From: Patescibacteria group bacterium
Lineage (GTDB): Bacteria > Patescibacteriota > Patescibacteriia > UBA9570 > JAHJKD01
DNA length: 64,000 nt
NCBI GenBank assembly: GCA_018822435.1
Contig: JAHJKD010000003.1
Coordinates: 1,208-65,207 of the forward strand
Direction of reading: 5' to 3'
Positions 49,601 to 58,092 of the stretch are shown here, one piece after another; position 1 is the stretch's first letter; every line of letters starts with the position of its first letter. The position numbers and the translations under genes are program-made. The notes under the pieces are model-generated. The model saw only the letters and a list, made by a program, of their open reading frames with translations. It was not told the origin of the DNA and searched no databases.

Positions 49601-50027
49601 GTATTTCACCTTGAAGACAAGCCGTGGATGCAATTAGTCCTTCAGAGTGTTCTTTTAATATTTCCAGGTCAATACGCGGTTTATAATAAAACCCCTCAAG
49701 GTGCGCAATCGTGCTTAGTTTAAGGAGGTTTTCATAACCAGTTTGATTTTTGGCAAGGAGAATTAGATGAAACGGTCCTTCATCGACTTTCGGACGTTTG
49801 TTATGAAGCCCGTTCGGAGCCACATAAGCTTCTATGCCGATGATAGGTTTTATGCCGGCATCTTTACAGGCTTCATAAAATTCAATGATGCCGTACATGA
49901 CGCCATGGTCAGTCAGGGCTAAAGACTTCATGCGGTTTTTTTTGGCACGCTTGACCAGCTCGTCTATCTTGGACAGGCCGTCCAATAAACTGTAGTGGCT
50001 ATGGGTGTGAAGATGGGTAAAATTCAT
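46629..50027 (-). CDS. dnaE: DNA polymerase III alpha subunit
   Basis: PHP HLHTHSHYSLLDG, GRGSAAGS, PDIDLDF, GYGFNRSH, OB fold; start set to MNFTH. Confidence 0.97.
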   Translation of the reverse strand: MNFTHLHTHSHYSLLDGLSKIDELVKRAKKNRMKSLALTDHGVMYGIIEFYEACKDAGIKPIIGIEAYVAPNGLHNKRPKVDEGPFHLILLAKNQTGYENLLKLSTIAHLEGFYYKPRIDLEILKEHSEGLIASTACLQGEIPKTIIAHGKEKAREAINKYLEVFPKEDFYLEVQHNPSIDKQEKVNSILKELAEEMDLKLIATNDVHYLDPEDDAAQDALVCIQTKKKLDDKDRLSMVGEDFSMKTKKEMEEWFKDMPDAVKNTEEVADKCNLEIELGKIQLPHFELPEGITPDEQLRNICFKGLEKRYGQNITDEIKKRMDYELDVIKNTGFASYFLIVADFVNWAKEQGIVVGPGRGSAAGSIVAFLTGITNIDPIKYELLFERFLNPERVSMPDIDLDFADTRRDEVIRYVESKYGKDKVAQIITFGTMAARAAVRDVGRVLGVSYSYCDQIAKLIPMFTTLDQALKKVPELKEIYRDDPDATRLLDLSKKLEGVARHSSTHACGVVITKEPLTKLVPLQYPSQDDQAITTQYSLHPVEDLGLLKMDFLGLKNLTIIENTLSIVEKTIGEKIDIDQIPLEDKLTFELLQKAATTGVFQLESSGMKRYLRDLKPTDFEDIIAMVSLYRPGPMEWIPDYIKGKKGLKQTYYLHPSLKPILEKTFGVAIYQEQVMKIAQDLAGYSLGEADVLRKAVAKKIPKLLAEQKEKFIAGSVKNGVSKKVAEKVFEFIEPFAGYGFNRSHGACYAMIAYQTAYLKANYPAQFMAALLTSDHGDTDRIAIEVSETEDMGINVMPPSINESFSTFTVVKESLQEKNPRIRFGLSAIKNVGANVISVIIAERRENGPYNNLEDFLTRVQDKDLNKKSLESLIKTGALDEFGERNMMLSNIESLLAFSKNAKDEAASGQTNLFGQFPVDNLPKLRLAEAPEVESKIKLGWEKELLGLYISDHPLNEYKEILADRSIPFSELPKYLGDESINIIAVVTTSKKIFTRKGDPMLFVTIEDQYKEIEAIVFPKTLEEYPAYWESGNILELKGKLDAKEGDLKLIVEQADIFNPDQAMATKLLITMPSRVKKQLFNEIRNLLIKNKGNYAVYLNVDGKEINTNIRSSQDVISDINRLLGQDSVILV

Positions 50028-50135
50028 GAAAAAATAATTTGAGTGTTTAAATATTTTACTAGATTTACTGGTTTTTGGCAAGATGAAAAAAGCATGATAT
50101 AATGAGGTAAATTAAAAAAAATTAAATTACTAATT

Positions 50136-50585
50136 ATGCCTCCAACAAAACCGAGAAAGCCAGTCGAACCAAAAAAATGCGGACACAATTGGGTCTGGAT
50201 TGTTCTCTATATGGTAATTGTTTTGGCCATTATTTTAGGCGGAACAAAAATTGCCTTGGTACAGTACAATTATGACAAAGCCATGGACGACGGCACCTAT
50301 CAAGCCGTATTCCTGACAAACGGCCAAGTTTACTTTGGTCAGCTAGAAAGTTTAGGTTTTGGCACTATGCAGCTTAAAGACGTTTATTACTTGCAGGTTA
50401 GTGAAGATGAAGAAGCAGAAGCAGAAGCAGAAGCAGCCAACCAAAATTTTACGTTAGTAAAATTGGGCGATGAATTGCATGGACCGACCTCTGATATGGT
50501 GATAAATAAGAAACAGATCTTATTCTGGGAAAATTTAAGGCAAGACTCTCCTGTATTAGAGACTATTCAAGGCGGAGGACAATAA
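50136..50585 (+). CDS. Conserved membrane-anchored hypothetical protein
   Basis: YQAVFLTNGQVYFG...LVKLGDELHGP...ILFWENL. Confidence 0.75.
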   Translation: MPPTKPRKPVEPKKCGHNWVWIVLYMVIVLAIILGGTKIALVQYNYDKAMDDGTYQAVFLTNGQVYFGQLESLGFGTMQLKDVYYLQVSEDEEAEAEAEAANQNFTLVKLGDELHGPTSDMVINKKQILFWENLRQDSPVLETIQGGGQ

Positions 50586-50599
50586 AATATTAGATTAAT

Positions 50600-50637
50600 A
50601 AAAAGTAGAGACGTAAAATTTTACGTCTCTACTTTTT
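50600..50637. repeat. GTAG...CTAC REP-like palindrome, 38 bp perfect, possible bidirectional terminator
   Basis: aaaaaGTAGAGACGTAAAATTTTACGTCTCTACttttt between convergent genes. Confidence 0.85.
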
Positions 50638-50653
50638 GATTTAAAGAAAGAAT

Positions 50654-50926
50654 TTATTTTTCTTTTTTATCCTGAACAAATTCAACGATGCTTTTAACTT
50701 CTTTGGCCACAAAAGCAATGGAATTTGCAGAAGAAGAAACTTTGTCCTTAATACTGTTGATGGCTTCTTCGAGTTCGGCTAGTTTTTCCCGAACTTCAGT
50801 GAGAATCTCATTGGACTGTTTCATTACTTGGGCCAAATAGTACATAATCCAGACTAGAAAACCCGTAAATACTAAGGCGCAAATAGAAACAGTCAGATAC
50901 AAAATGTTATGAGCTTGATCAAGCAT
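50654..50926 (-). CDS. Small TM plus coiled-coil protein (DUF948-like)
   Basis: One TM followed by a heptad helix. Confidence 0.6.
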   Translation of the reverse strand: MLDQAHNILYLTVSICALVFTGFLVWIMYYLAQVMKQSNEILTEVREKLAELEEAINSIKDKVSSSANSIAFVAKEVKSIVEFVQDKKEK

Positions 50927-51004
50927 ATATTTATTTTAATTTTAACTCCTGGGAAAATTATACCATAGTTTACTTCAAAGGCCAAATATTGTATTATATA
51001 GAAT

Positions 51005-51835
51005 ATGGCTGATAAAATGGGTAATACACAATTTAAATTTGGTTATTGGTGGGTTAACAATAAGACCAAAATTCAAAAATATATTAAATATTTACTATTT
51101 GTAATTGTCGGGATTTTAAGTGTGATTTTTCTTTTATATCTACTTCAGTATATTGTTAATTTCAATCAAGCAAACCAGTATATGTCACAAATATCCGGCC
51201 AGGAGGTTAATTACGGGGGAACTTCTCAGCCTTCTGCGATTGAACAGGGAAATTCATATAGCTTTTCTGCTGGTAAGGATAAAGCCGATTTAATGGGATT
51301 CATAACAAACCCGAATCCGGATTGGTCGGCTAAAACTCTCTTTTATACCTTTACAGGCAGTGGCGGAACGACCCAACCAGTCGAATCATTCATTTTACCC
51401 GGAGAAACGAAAACATTAACTGATTTAGGAGTCCCAAATTCAGGTACAGGGACAAGTAAACCAAAAATAGTTATTTCAGATATAAAATGGCTAAAAGCAA
51501 AAACTGACATGCCGGAATTGATTTTTGAATTCAATGACCTTAAATATCAAACTGCAGAACCTGTCTCCGGTGATGATTCAGCCGGATCAATCGTGTCTGG
51601 AACAGTAATAAATAAAAGTGCTTTCGGATTCTATGAAACAAAAGTTACAGTAGTGTTAACTTATAGCAATGCTCCGGTTGGCGTGGGAGTTACCAGAATT
51701 AATGATTTCAAATCTTTTGAAGAAAGACCCATCGAATTAAGGTTCCCTGACCGTTATCCCATCGGTGTTGACATGGAACCTGAAATTGAGGTAAACATAT
51801 TGGACGAGGATAACCTCATTTATCCCGGCCAATAA
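51005..51835 (+). CDS. Membrane-anchored hypothetical protein with Ig-like domains
   Basis: One TM; NPN..W, FILPGE, GTVIN motifs. Confidence 0.65.
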   Translation: MADKMGNTQFKFGYWWVNNKTKIQKYIKYLLFVIVGILSVIFLLYLLQYIVNFNQANQYMSQISGQEVNYGGTSQPSAIEQGNSYSFSAGKDKADLMGFITNPNPDWSAKTLFYTFTGSGGTTQPVESFILPGETKTLTDLGVPNSGTGTSKPKIVISDIKWLKAKTDMPELIFEFNDLKYQTAEPVSGDDSAGSIVSGTVINKSAFGFYETKVTVVLTYSNAPVGVGVTRINDFKSFEERPIELRFPDRYPIGVDMEPEIEVNILDEDNLIYPGQ

Positions 51836-51838
51836 ATT

Positions 51839-52945
51839 ATGGGTTTAAAACAATATTTTAGCTTAATTAAGCAATATGATTGGTGGATTTTCGGCCTTGT
51901 TTTGTTATTGATTACTTTTGGCTTAGTTATCATATATTCTATTGGCACAAACGCTGAAATTCCCGATTTGAGCCGTTTTAATAAACAGCTTATTTTTTTT
52001 GGCATTGGTTTCATTGCCATGATTTTGTTTAGTCTGGTTGATTATCGGATGTTGTCTTCTTATGCTTATGTTTTTTATATAGTCGGGTTTATTATATTAG
52101 TTTTATTATTAATTTTTGGAACGACTATTCGCGGAACAACAGGTTGGTTCGTACTCGGAGGAATCAGCATACAGCCGGTGGAATTTGTGAAGTTATTGTT
52201 TGTAATATTTATGGCGCGATTTTTTTCAGACAAAGCCCTGCAAATGGATCAATGGAAAAATATCGGCCTGTCCGCCGTATTTACAGGTAGTATGGTTGGT
52301 TTGGTTATGCTGCAACCTGATTTAGGTTCGGCGTTAATATTTATTGCGATTTGGCTGGGCTTATTATTGATGCAGAAAGTCAAGTGGTATAAATTAGTGA
52401 TTATATTTTTAATTCTTATAATGATTGCGACTTCAGGCTGGCTTTTTTTCTTGGAAGATTATCAAAAGCAAAGGATCATGACTTTTATTGATCCGGCCCT
52501 AGATCCATTGGGAACTGGTTATAATGTAACCCAGTCAATTATTGCAGTTGGATCCGGCCGATTACTGGGCAGAGGTCTTGGATTGGGGCCGCAAAGCCAA
52601 TTGGAATTTTTACCAGAAAGTGAAGCTGATTTTATTTTTGCGGTAATTGCGGAAGAACTGGGATTTTTAGGAGCTGGTTTTGTTTTACTCTTGTTTTGTT
52701 TCTTATTTTATAGGATTTGGCGCATAATCAGAGGAACAACTGATGATTTTGCGGTTATGTTAGGATCCGGTATTTTTATTATATTTTTAACGCAAACTCT
52801 TATCAATATAGGTATGAATTTAGGTTTGATGCCGGTTACAGGTCTGCCTCTTCCCTTTATTTCAGCGGGTGGTTCATCTCTTATTGTTTCTTTATCTTTA
52901 ATCGGAATATTACAAAGTATTCGAATCCGGGAGAATTTGACATAA
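51839..52945 (+). CDS. rodA: SEDS peptidoglycan polymerase RodA
   Basis: QPVEFVK, LQPDLG, YQKQRI, IAVGSG, DFIF, TGLPLPFISAGGSS. Confidence 0.92.
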   Translation: MGLKQYFSLIKQYDWWIFGLVLLLITFGLVIIYSIGTNAEIPDLSRFNKQLIFFGIGFIAMILFSLVDYRMLSSYAYVFYIVGFIILVLLLIFGTTIRGTTGWFVLGGISIQPVEFVKLLFVIFMARFFSDKALQMDQWKNIGLSAVFTGSMVGLVMLQPDLGSALIFIAIWLGLLLMQKVKWYKLVIIFLILIMIATSGWLFFLEDYQKQRIMTFIDPALDPLGTGYNVTQSIIAVGSGRLLGRGLGLGPQSQLEFLPESEADFIFAVIAEELGFLGAGFVLLLFCFLFYRIWRIIRGTTDDFAVMLGSGIFIIFLTQTLINIGMNLGLMPVTGLPLPFISAGGSSLIVSLSLIGILQSIRIRENLT

Positions 52946-52965
52946 AAAAGGTTTTAAACTATAAT
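52937..52965 (+). promoter_or_regulatory. Consensus sigma70 promoter
   Basis: TTGACA-17-TATAAT. Confidence 0.75.
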
Positions 52966-52977
52966 AATCCTTGAATT

Positions 52978-53307
52978 ATGCAAAAAAAATCGGGAAAATT
53001 CATACCATTTATTAGGCAGGAAGCACTGAGAAAGCTGATTTCTCAGTGTCCGATTTGTAACGCTAAAAATTCAACCTTTAATATCAAAGTGCTTGATGAA
53101 AAAGAAGACGCACAACTTACCTATATAAGATGTAGGCAGTGCGGTGGCCGTTTAATGGCTTTAATAATGGCTAATGGACCAATAGTAAGCTCGATCGGGT
53201 TGATTACTGACTTGAATGAGGACGATATTATAAGATTTAGAGATTCCGGACCAGTGACTGAAGACGATCTTTTGAAACTGCATGAAAATTTAAAAGGGAG
53301 GATTTAA
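52978..53307 (+). CDS. Zinc-ribbon hypothetical protein
   Basis: CPIC...CRQC. Confidence 0.7.
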   Translation: MQKKSGKFIPFIRQEALRKLISQCPICNAKNSTFNIKVLDEKEDAQLTYIRCRQCGGRLMALIMANGPIVSSIGLITDLNEDDIIRFRDSGPVTEDDLLKLHENLKGRI

Positions 53308-53350
53308 TAATTATTTCCTAGTTTTTAATAATTAATCGGGAATTTTTTTT

Positions 53351-54070
53351 ATGGAAGAGAAATTTGAACTTAAAGCTGAAAGCAGGGAGGGTAAACGCGA
53401 AGATGGCTTTATTCCAGGAGTTTATTACGGACCTGGCGTAGAAAATAAAAATATTAGGGTGGATGAAAAAGCTTTTAAAGCGATATTAGTGGATGCTACG
53501 AGAAGTACTTTGATTGATTTTTTTGTCGATGGCAAACAGACCGGTAAAGTATTGATAAAAGAGGTGCAACGTAATCCGCTTACAACTGAACCAACGCATG
53601 TTGATTTTTACCAAGTTAACATGGATAATCCGATTAATGCGGAAATGGAACTCATTTTTATCGGCGAATCACCAGCCGAAAAAGAGATGGGCGGTATTTT
53701 AGTTACTAATAAAGACAAACTGAACATCAAATGTTTGCCAGCTGATCTTATTTCAAAAGCGGAAGTTGACATTACTCCTTTAAAAACTTTTGATGATTCT
53801 ATTAAAGTAAAGGATATATCCATCCCGGAAAAGATTGAAGTCTTAGATGGAATGGATGATATCGTAGCCTTAGTGTCTCCTCCAAGGACAGAAGAAGAGT
53901 TAAAAGCTCTGGAAGAAGCACCAGAAGAAGAAGCGGCTGATGTTGAAGTTGTTGGTGAAAAAGAAAAAGAAGATGCTGCCGAAGGAGAAGATTCTGCTAC
54001 GCCAGAGGCTTCGCAGGAATCTTCTGAAGAAGGCAAAAAACAAGAAGAGAAAAAAGAAGAAAAGAAATAA
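53351..54070 (+). CDS. rplY: 50S ribosomal protein bL25 (Ctc form)
   Basis: IPGVYYG, KEVQRNP, HVDFYQV, GESPA..GG, acidic tail. Confidence 0.93.
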   Translation: MEEKFELKAESREGKREDGFIPGVYYGPGVENKNIRVDEKAFKAILVDATRSTLIDFFVDGKQTGKVLIKEVQRNPLTTEPTHVDFYQVNMDNPINAEMELIFIGESPAEKEMGGILVTNKDKLNIKCLPADLISKAEVDITPLKTFDDSIKVKDISIPEKIEVLDGMDDIVALVSPPRTEEELKALEEAPEEEAADVEVVGEKEKEDAAEGEDSATPEASQESSEEGKKQEEKKEEKK

Positions 54071-54193
54071 TCCTTCGATACAATTTTGCTCTACTTTGCC
54101 CTTCGGGCTTCGTAGGAGCAAAATCACTCAGGATTAATCAATAAAGCGAAGCCCTGAGTGATTTCGAGCGAAGCGAGAAATTGTACCGAAGGG
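54071..54193. repeat. REP-doublet-like inverted element
   Basis: ccttcgatacaattt[hairpin]aaatcactcagg ... cctgagtgattt[hairpin]aaattgtaccgaagg. Confidence 0.7.
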
Positions 54194-54230
54194 CGAATTA
54201 AAGTAATTATTAAAAATTAAATATAAAAAA

Positions 54231-55325
54231 ATGGGAGAATCTTCTAATAATAAGATTAAAGATTTCTTTTGGAAACTTAAAAAGAATCCGAAAGCGCAAG
54301 TAATTATATTAGTAATTTTTTTAGTTATAGTGGCAGCTGTGGCAGGACTACTGATTTTTTATCCTGGCAGCGCTAATCGCATTACTGAATTAGTTGGAAA
54401 TAGGAATTTAAATGGCACCGGTGATGTTCGATTAATTGATGGTGTTAAGACAAATCCTGGTATGGAGAATTTATTTCCTCAGACCATCGTGATTGAAAAT
54501 TTAGCCACAGTCAGGCCTCAGGCCGGACTGGGTGAGGCAAATTTGGTATATGAATTTTTAGCCGAAGGCGGCATTACCAGGTTTTTAGCTGTGTATGCTA
54601 GTGGCGATAATATTGAATTGATCGGCCCAGTTCGATCTGCCCGTCATTATATTGTTGATTTATCAGAAGAATATCATGGTTTATTTGCCCATATCGGCGG
54701 CAGTCCGCAAGCTTTAGGCGTATTAAACGTAAATGATTACCTGGTGGATCTGAATCAATTTGGTAACCCTGGTTATTATTGGCGGGATGTGAACATCGGA
54801 GCGCCCCATAATTTATTTACTTCTTCTGACCTGATGTTTTTCGCTCAGCGGGATAAAGTTGGTGAGGAAGCTCAAGGCGACTACACTCCCTGGAAATTCA
54901 AGAAAGAAACCAGTAAAGATGAAAGGCCGACTGAGGAAAAATCTGTAAAAATTAATTTTTCATCAGGCTCATATGAAGTGGAATGGAAATATAATCCTGA
55001 CACCAATATATATGCCCGTTTTAACGGTGGTCTTGAACACACTGATAAAAACACAGAAGAACAGTTAACTGCTAAAAATATTGTTGTGCAATATGCAGAA
55101 ACTTCTTTATTAGAAGAAGGAACTGGCCGGCTTGATATTAAAACTCAGGGCGAAGGCAATGCGGTCGTGTTTATGGACGGGGTTGGGACAGAAGGTACCT
55201 GGAAAAAAGATGAAAGAGGGGACAGGACATTATTTTATGATGCCAACGGAGACGAGATTGAATTTAATCCGGGTAAATCTTGGATAGAAATTGTACCAAC
55301 AGACAAGACAATCGAATACAACTAA
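54231..55325 (+). CDS. DUF3048 domain protein
   Basis: IEN...RPQAGL, EGGITRF, GPVRSAR, APHNL. Confidence 0.9.
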   Translation: MGESSNNKIKDFFWKLKKNPKAQVIILVIFLVIVAAVAGLLIFYPGSANRITELVGNRNLNGTGDVRLIDGVKTNPGMENLFPQTIVIENLATVRPQAGLGEANLVYEFLAEGGITRFLAVYASGDNIELIGPVRSARHYIVDLSEEYHGLFAHIGGSPQALGVLNVNDYLVDLNQFGNPGYYWRDVNIGAPHNLFTSSDLMFFAQRDKVGEEAQGDYTPWKFKKETSKDERPTEEKSVKINFSSGSYEVEWKYNPDTNIYARFNGGLEHTDKNTEEQLTAKNIVVQYAETSLLEEGTGRLDIKTQGEGNAVVFMDGVGTEGTWKKDERGDRTLFYDANGDEIEFNPGKSWIEIVPTDKTIEYN

Positions 55326-55341
55326 TATAAAAATAAAAAAA

Positions 55342-56442
55342 ATGGGGGCTTGGGACAGAATTCGATATGATCGAAATGTGCAATTAGGCATTGTTATTAG
55401 TGCCCTAGTTGTAATTAGTTTGCTTATTTGGGGCGGTATCGGATATACCATGTGGAAAGATAATCAGGGACCCAGAGTACAGAAAAACTTTTTGCCTGAA
55501 GTCCAGAACGGGGAAGTTAAAACCAAGGGAGGCACTGAACCAAGAAAGTTAGATGGCATAATCGTATCAGTTGAAGACGCAAATAAATATCCTGTAGGTG
55601 TAATGATTGAAAATTTAGCCGGAGACGGAGTCAGGCCGCAATTCGGGTTAAGCCGGGCATTAGTTGTCTATGAAGTAATTGTAGAAGGCGGCATAACACG
55701 TTTTATGGCTCTTTTTGGCGGAGAAGAGTCCACCCAAATTGGACCGGTCCGATCAGCCCGTCCGACATTTCTGGAGTTTGCGTCTGAATATGATGTGGTT
55801 TATACCCATGCCGGCGGATCCCCTGAAGCCTTAGGAGCAATTGACGGGTTAAAAATAAAAGATATAAATGCTTTGACCGGCGGCAGTAAATATTTTTGGA
55901 GAGATACAGGCCGCTTTGCCCCGCATAATTTATTTACTTCTTCTGAATTATTAGAATATGCCCTGCGAGACAAAGGTTTGGAAAATAAGGAAGTCGATTT
56001 TGAATCCTGGGATTTTCGGGACGGGAGGCCAATTAAAGACAGGGCAGAAGGGGATAAATTTATTAAGTTATTCTTTTCATCACCGGGCTATGATGTAGAG
56101 TGGAAGTACAATCGAGAAAATAATAATTATGAACGGCTCAATGGCGGGGTATTGCAAAATGACGCCGTAAATGGGGAAACGATCACAGCAAAAAATATCG
56201 TTGTACAGATAGTGCCTCCGGAAATTCCAGCGGGAGAAAAAGGCAGAATTAATTTTATTGTAACAGGCCAAGGCAAGGCCATGATTTTCCATGAGGGCCA
56301 GGCTATAGAAGGCATCTGGAAGAAAAAAGATCGCTTGGCCAGAACAAAGTATTATGATGAAGAAGGAAAAGAAATTCAGTTGATTCGAGGAAATACTTGG
56401 GTGGAAATATTACCAGAAGACAAGATTTTAGAATATAACTAG
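55342..56442 (+). CDS. DUF3048 domain protein, tandem paralog
   Basis: Same motifs; ATG at 55342. Confidence 0.9.
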   Translation: MGAWDRIRYDRNVQLGIVISALVVISLLIWGGIGYTMWKDNQGPRVQKNFLPEVQNGEVKTKGGTEPRKLDGIIVSVEDANKYPVGVMIENLAGDGVRPQFGLSRALVVYEVIVEGGITRFMALFGGEESTQIGPVRSARPTFLEFASEYDVVYTHAGGSPEALGAIDGLKIKDINALTGGSKYFWRDTGRFAPHNLFTSSELLEYALRDKGLENKEVDFESWDFRDGRPIKDRAEGDKFIKLFFSSPGYDVEWKYNRENNNYERLNGGVLQNDAVNGETITAKNIVVQIVPPEIPAGEKGRINFIVTGQGKAMIFHEGQAIEGIWKKKDRLARTKYYDEEGKEIQLIRGNTWVEILPEDKILEYN

Positions 56443-56449
56443 ATGTCTC

Positions 56450-56935
56450 ATGAAAAAATATGGAGCCCTAATAGTCCTGGTTTTGTTGTGGATATTCATA
56501 CCTATTACTTATGTCGTATTTGCTCTTAGATATTCTTTCTTTACAGCGGAAACAGTTGAAATAATAACGACGCTAGAACCATATTTTCATTATTTGAATA
56601 TAGGATTAATAATTTTACTGGCAATATTAGCCATATTACTCCTATCGCTTGCCCTTTTAATAAAAAGAAATGTCGTTTCAGTTTGTCGCTGGCTAGGAAA
56701 TGCTTTTTTAATATCCGGCCTTGTTGGTAGCGTGGCTTTATTAATTCAAAGATTACTATTCAGCGATAATCTGGAAAGATTTCAGCAATATTCGGATTTA
56801 TTGACACAAATAACATTTGAAGTGATTAATTCGTTTCTGGATATATTATTCTGGCCTTTTATTATTACATTAGGGGCCGGATTAATTTTATTATCGATTG
56901 CGGCAATAATCACTGGTAAAAAGAAAAAGAAGTAA
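56450..56935 (+). CDS. Hypothetical membrane protein (4 TM)
   Basis: Hydrophobic ORF within the operon. Confidence 0.65.
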   Translation: MKKYGALIVLVLLWIFIPITYVVFALRYSFFTAETVEIITTLEPYFHYLNIGLIILLAILAILLLSLALLIKRNVVSVCRWLGNAFLISGLVGSVALLIQRLLFSDNLERFQQYSDLLTQITFEVINSFLDILFWPFIITLGAGLILLSIAAIITGKKKKK

Positions 56936-56936
56936 T

Positions 56937-58091
56937 ATGAAAATAGACAAGTCATTTTGGAGCGGAGTCGCATTAATGATCGGAACAGCCATAGGAGCGG
57001 GTATCTTTGGTATTCCTTACGTGATTGCAAAAGTTGGATTTATTCCCGGTATTTTATATATTTTGGTTTTAGGGGCGGTAATTCTGTTAACAACTCTATG
57101 CTACGGGGAAGTTGTATTAAGGACAAAAGAAAAACATCAATTACCTGGATATGCGAATAAATATTTAGGCGTGTGGGGCAAACGGATTTCTTTAGTTGCG
57201 ATTGTATTCAGTATCTTTGGGGCAATGCTCGCTTATACGATTGAAATTGGCGTATTTTTAAATGCTTTGTTTAGTCCTGTGTTCGGGGGCAGTCCGAGAA
57301 TTTATAGTTTAATTTTTTATGCCCTGGCAGCCATGGCCATATATGTTGGTTTGAAAACAGTGGCAAATATTGAAAAAATCATGGTGGCTATATTGTTATT
57401 GATTATCGCCGGATTATTTATATTTGGAATTAGTGAAGTTAATTTAAGTAATTTTACTGAATTTAACGCGGCTCATCTGCTTCTGCCATATGGCGTGATA
57501 CTATTTGCCTTAGGTGCAGGCACAGCCGTACCAGACGCCCGATTTTTATTGGGCAAGAATCCAAAAAAACTTTTAAATGTTATTAGCATAGGCGTAATCG
57601 TACCGTTGATCGTTTATCTTATTTTCACTTTTTTAGTGGTTGGCATTACAGGTACAGAAACGACCGAATCAGCCATCATTGGGTTGGGATTGGCATTAGG
57701 ACCAATTATGCTATTAGTCGGGGCAATATTTGGCGTTTTATCCATGTCGACTTCTTTCTTGGCTCTGGGAAATGTATTAAAGGAAACTTTCATGTTTGAT
57801 TTTAAAGTGAAGAAATTACTGGCCTGGCTCATTGTGATGGTGGTTCCTTTGATTATATATTTATTTGATGTTTTATCTTTTATAGAAGCAATCGGATTTG
57901 CTGGTGGAGTTGTTGGCGGAGTAGAGGGGATTATTATGGTCTGGATGTTTCATCGGGCCAAGAAGAAGGGGGATCGAAAACCGGAATATGATCTTAAAAT
58001 TCCACAGCCGGTCTTATGGTTTATGTATGTGATCTTTTTTGGAGGCATCATTTATGTTCTTTGGGAGGGGTTAACCAAGTGGTTCGTATAA
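56937..58091 (+). CDS. Aromatic amino acid permease (HAAAP/TyrP-like)
   Basis: GTAIGAGIFGIP, STSFL, about 11 TM. Confidence 0.85.
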   Translation: MKIDKSFWSGVALMIGTAIGAGIFGIPYVIAKVGFIPGILYILVLGAVILLTTLCYGEVVLRTKEKHQLPGYANKYLGVWGKRISLVAIVFSIFGAMLAYTIEIGVFLNALFSPVFGGSPRIYSLIFYALAAMAIYVGLKTVANIEKIMVAILLLIIAGLFIFGISEVNLSNFTEFNAAHLLLPYGVILFALGAGTAVPDARFLLGKNPKKLLNVISIGVIVPLIVYLIFTFLVVGITGTETTESAIIGLGLALGPIMLLVGAIFGVLSMSTSFLALGNVLKETFMFDFKVKKLLAWLIVMVVPLIIYLFDVLSFIEAIGFAGGVVGGVEGIIMVWMFHRAKKKGDRKPEYDLKIPQPVLWFMYVIFFGGIIYVLWEGLTKWFV

Positions 58092-58092
58092 A

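Noticed and set aside
50413-50436. GAAGCA tandem repeat as a phase-variation tract
   Set aside because: In-frame hexamer encoding an EA linker; changes would not shift the frame
26308-53900. Many antisense ORFs over housekeeping genes
   Set aside because: Shadow ORFs from codon bias with no recognisable motifs
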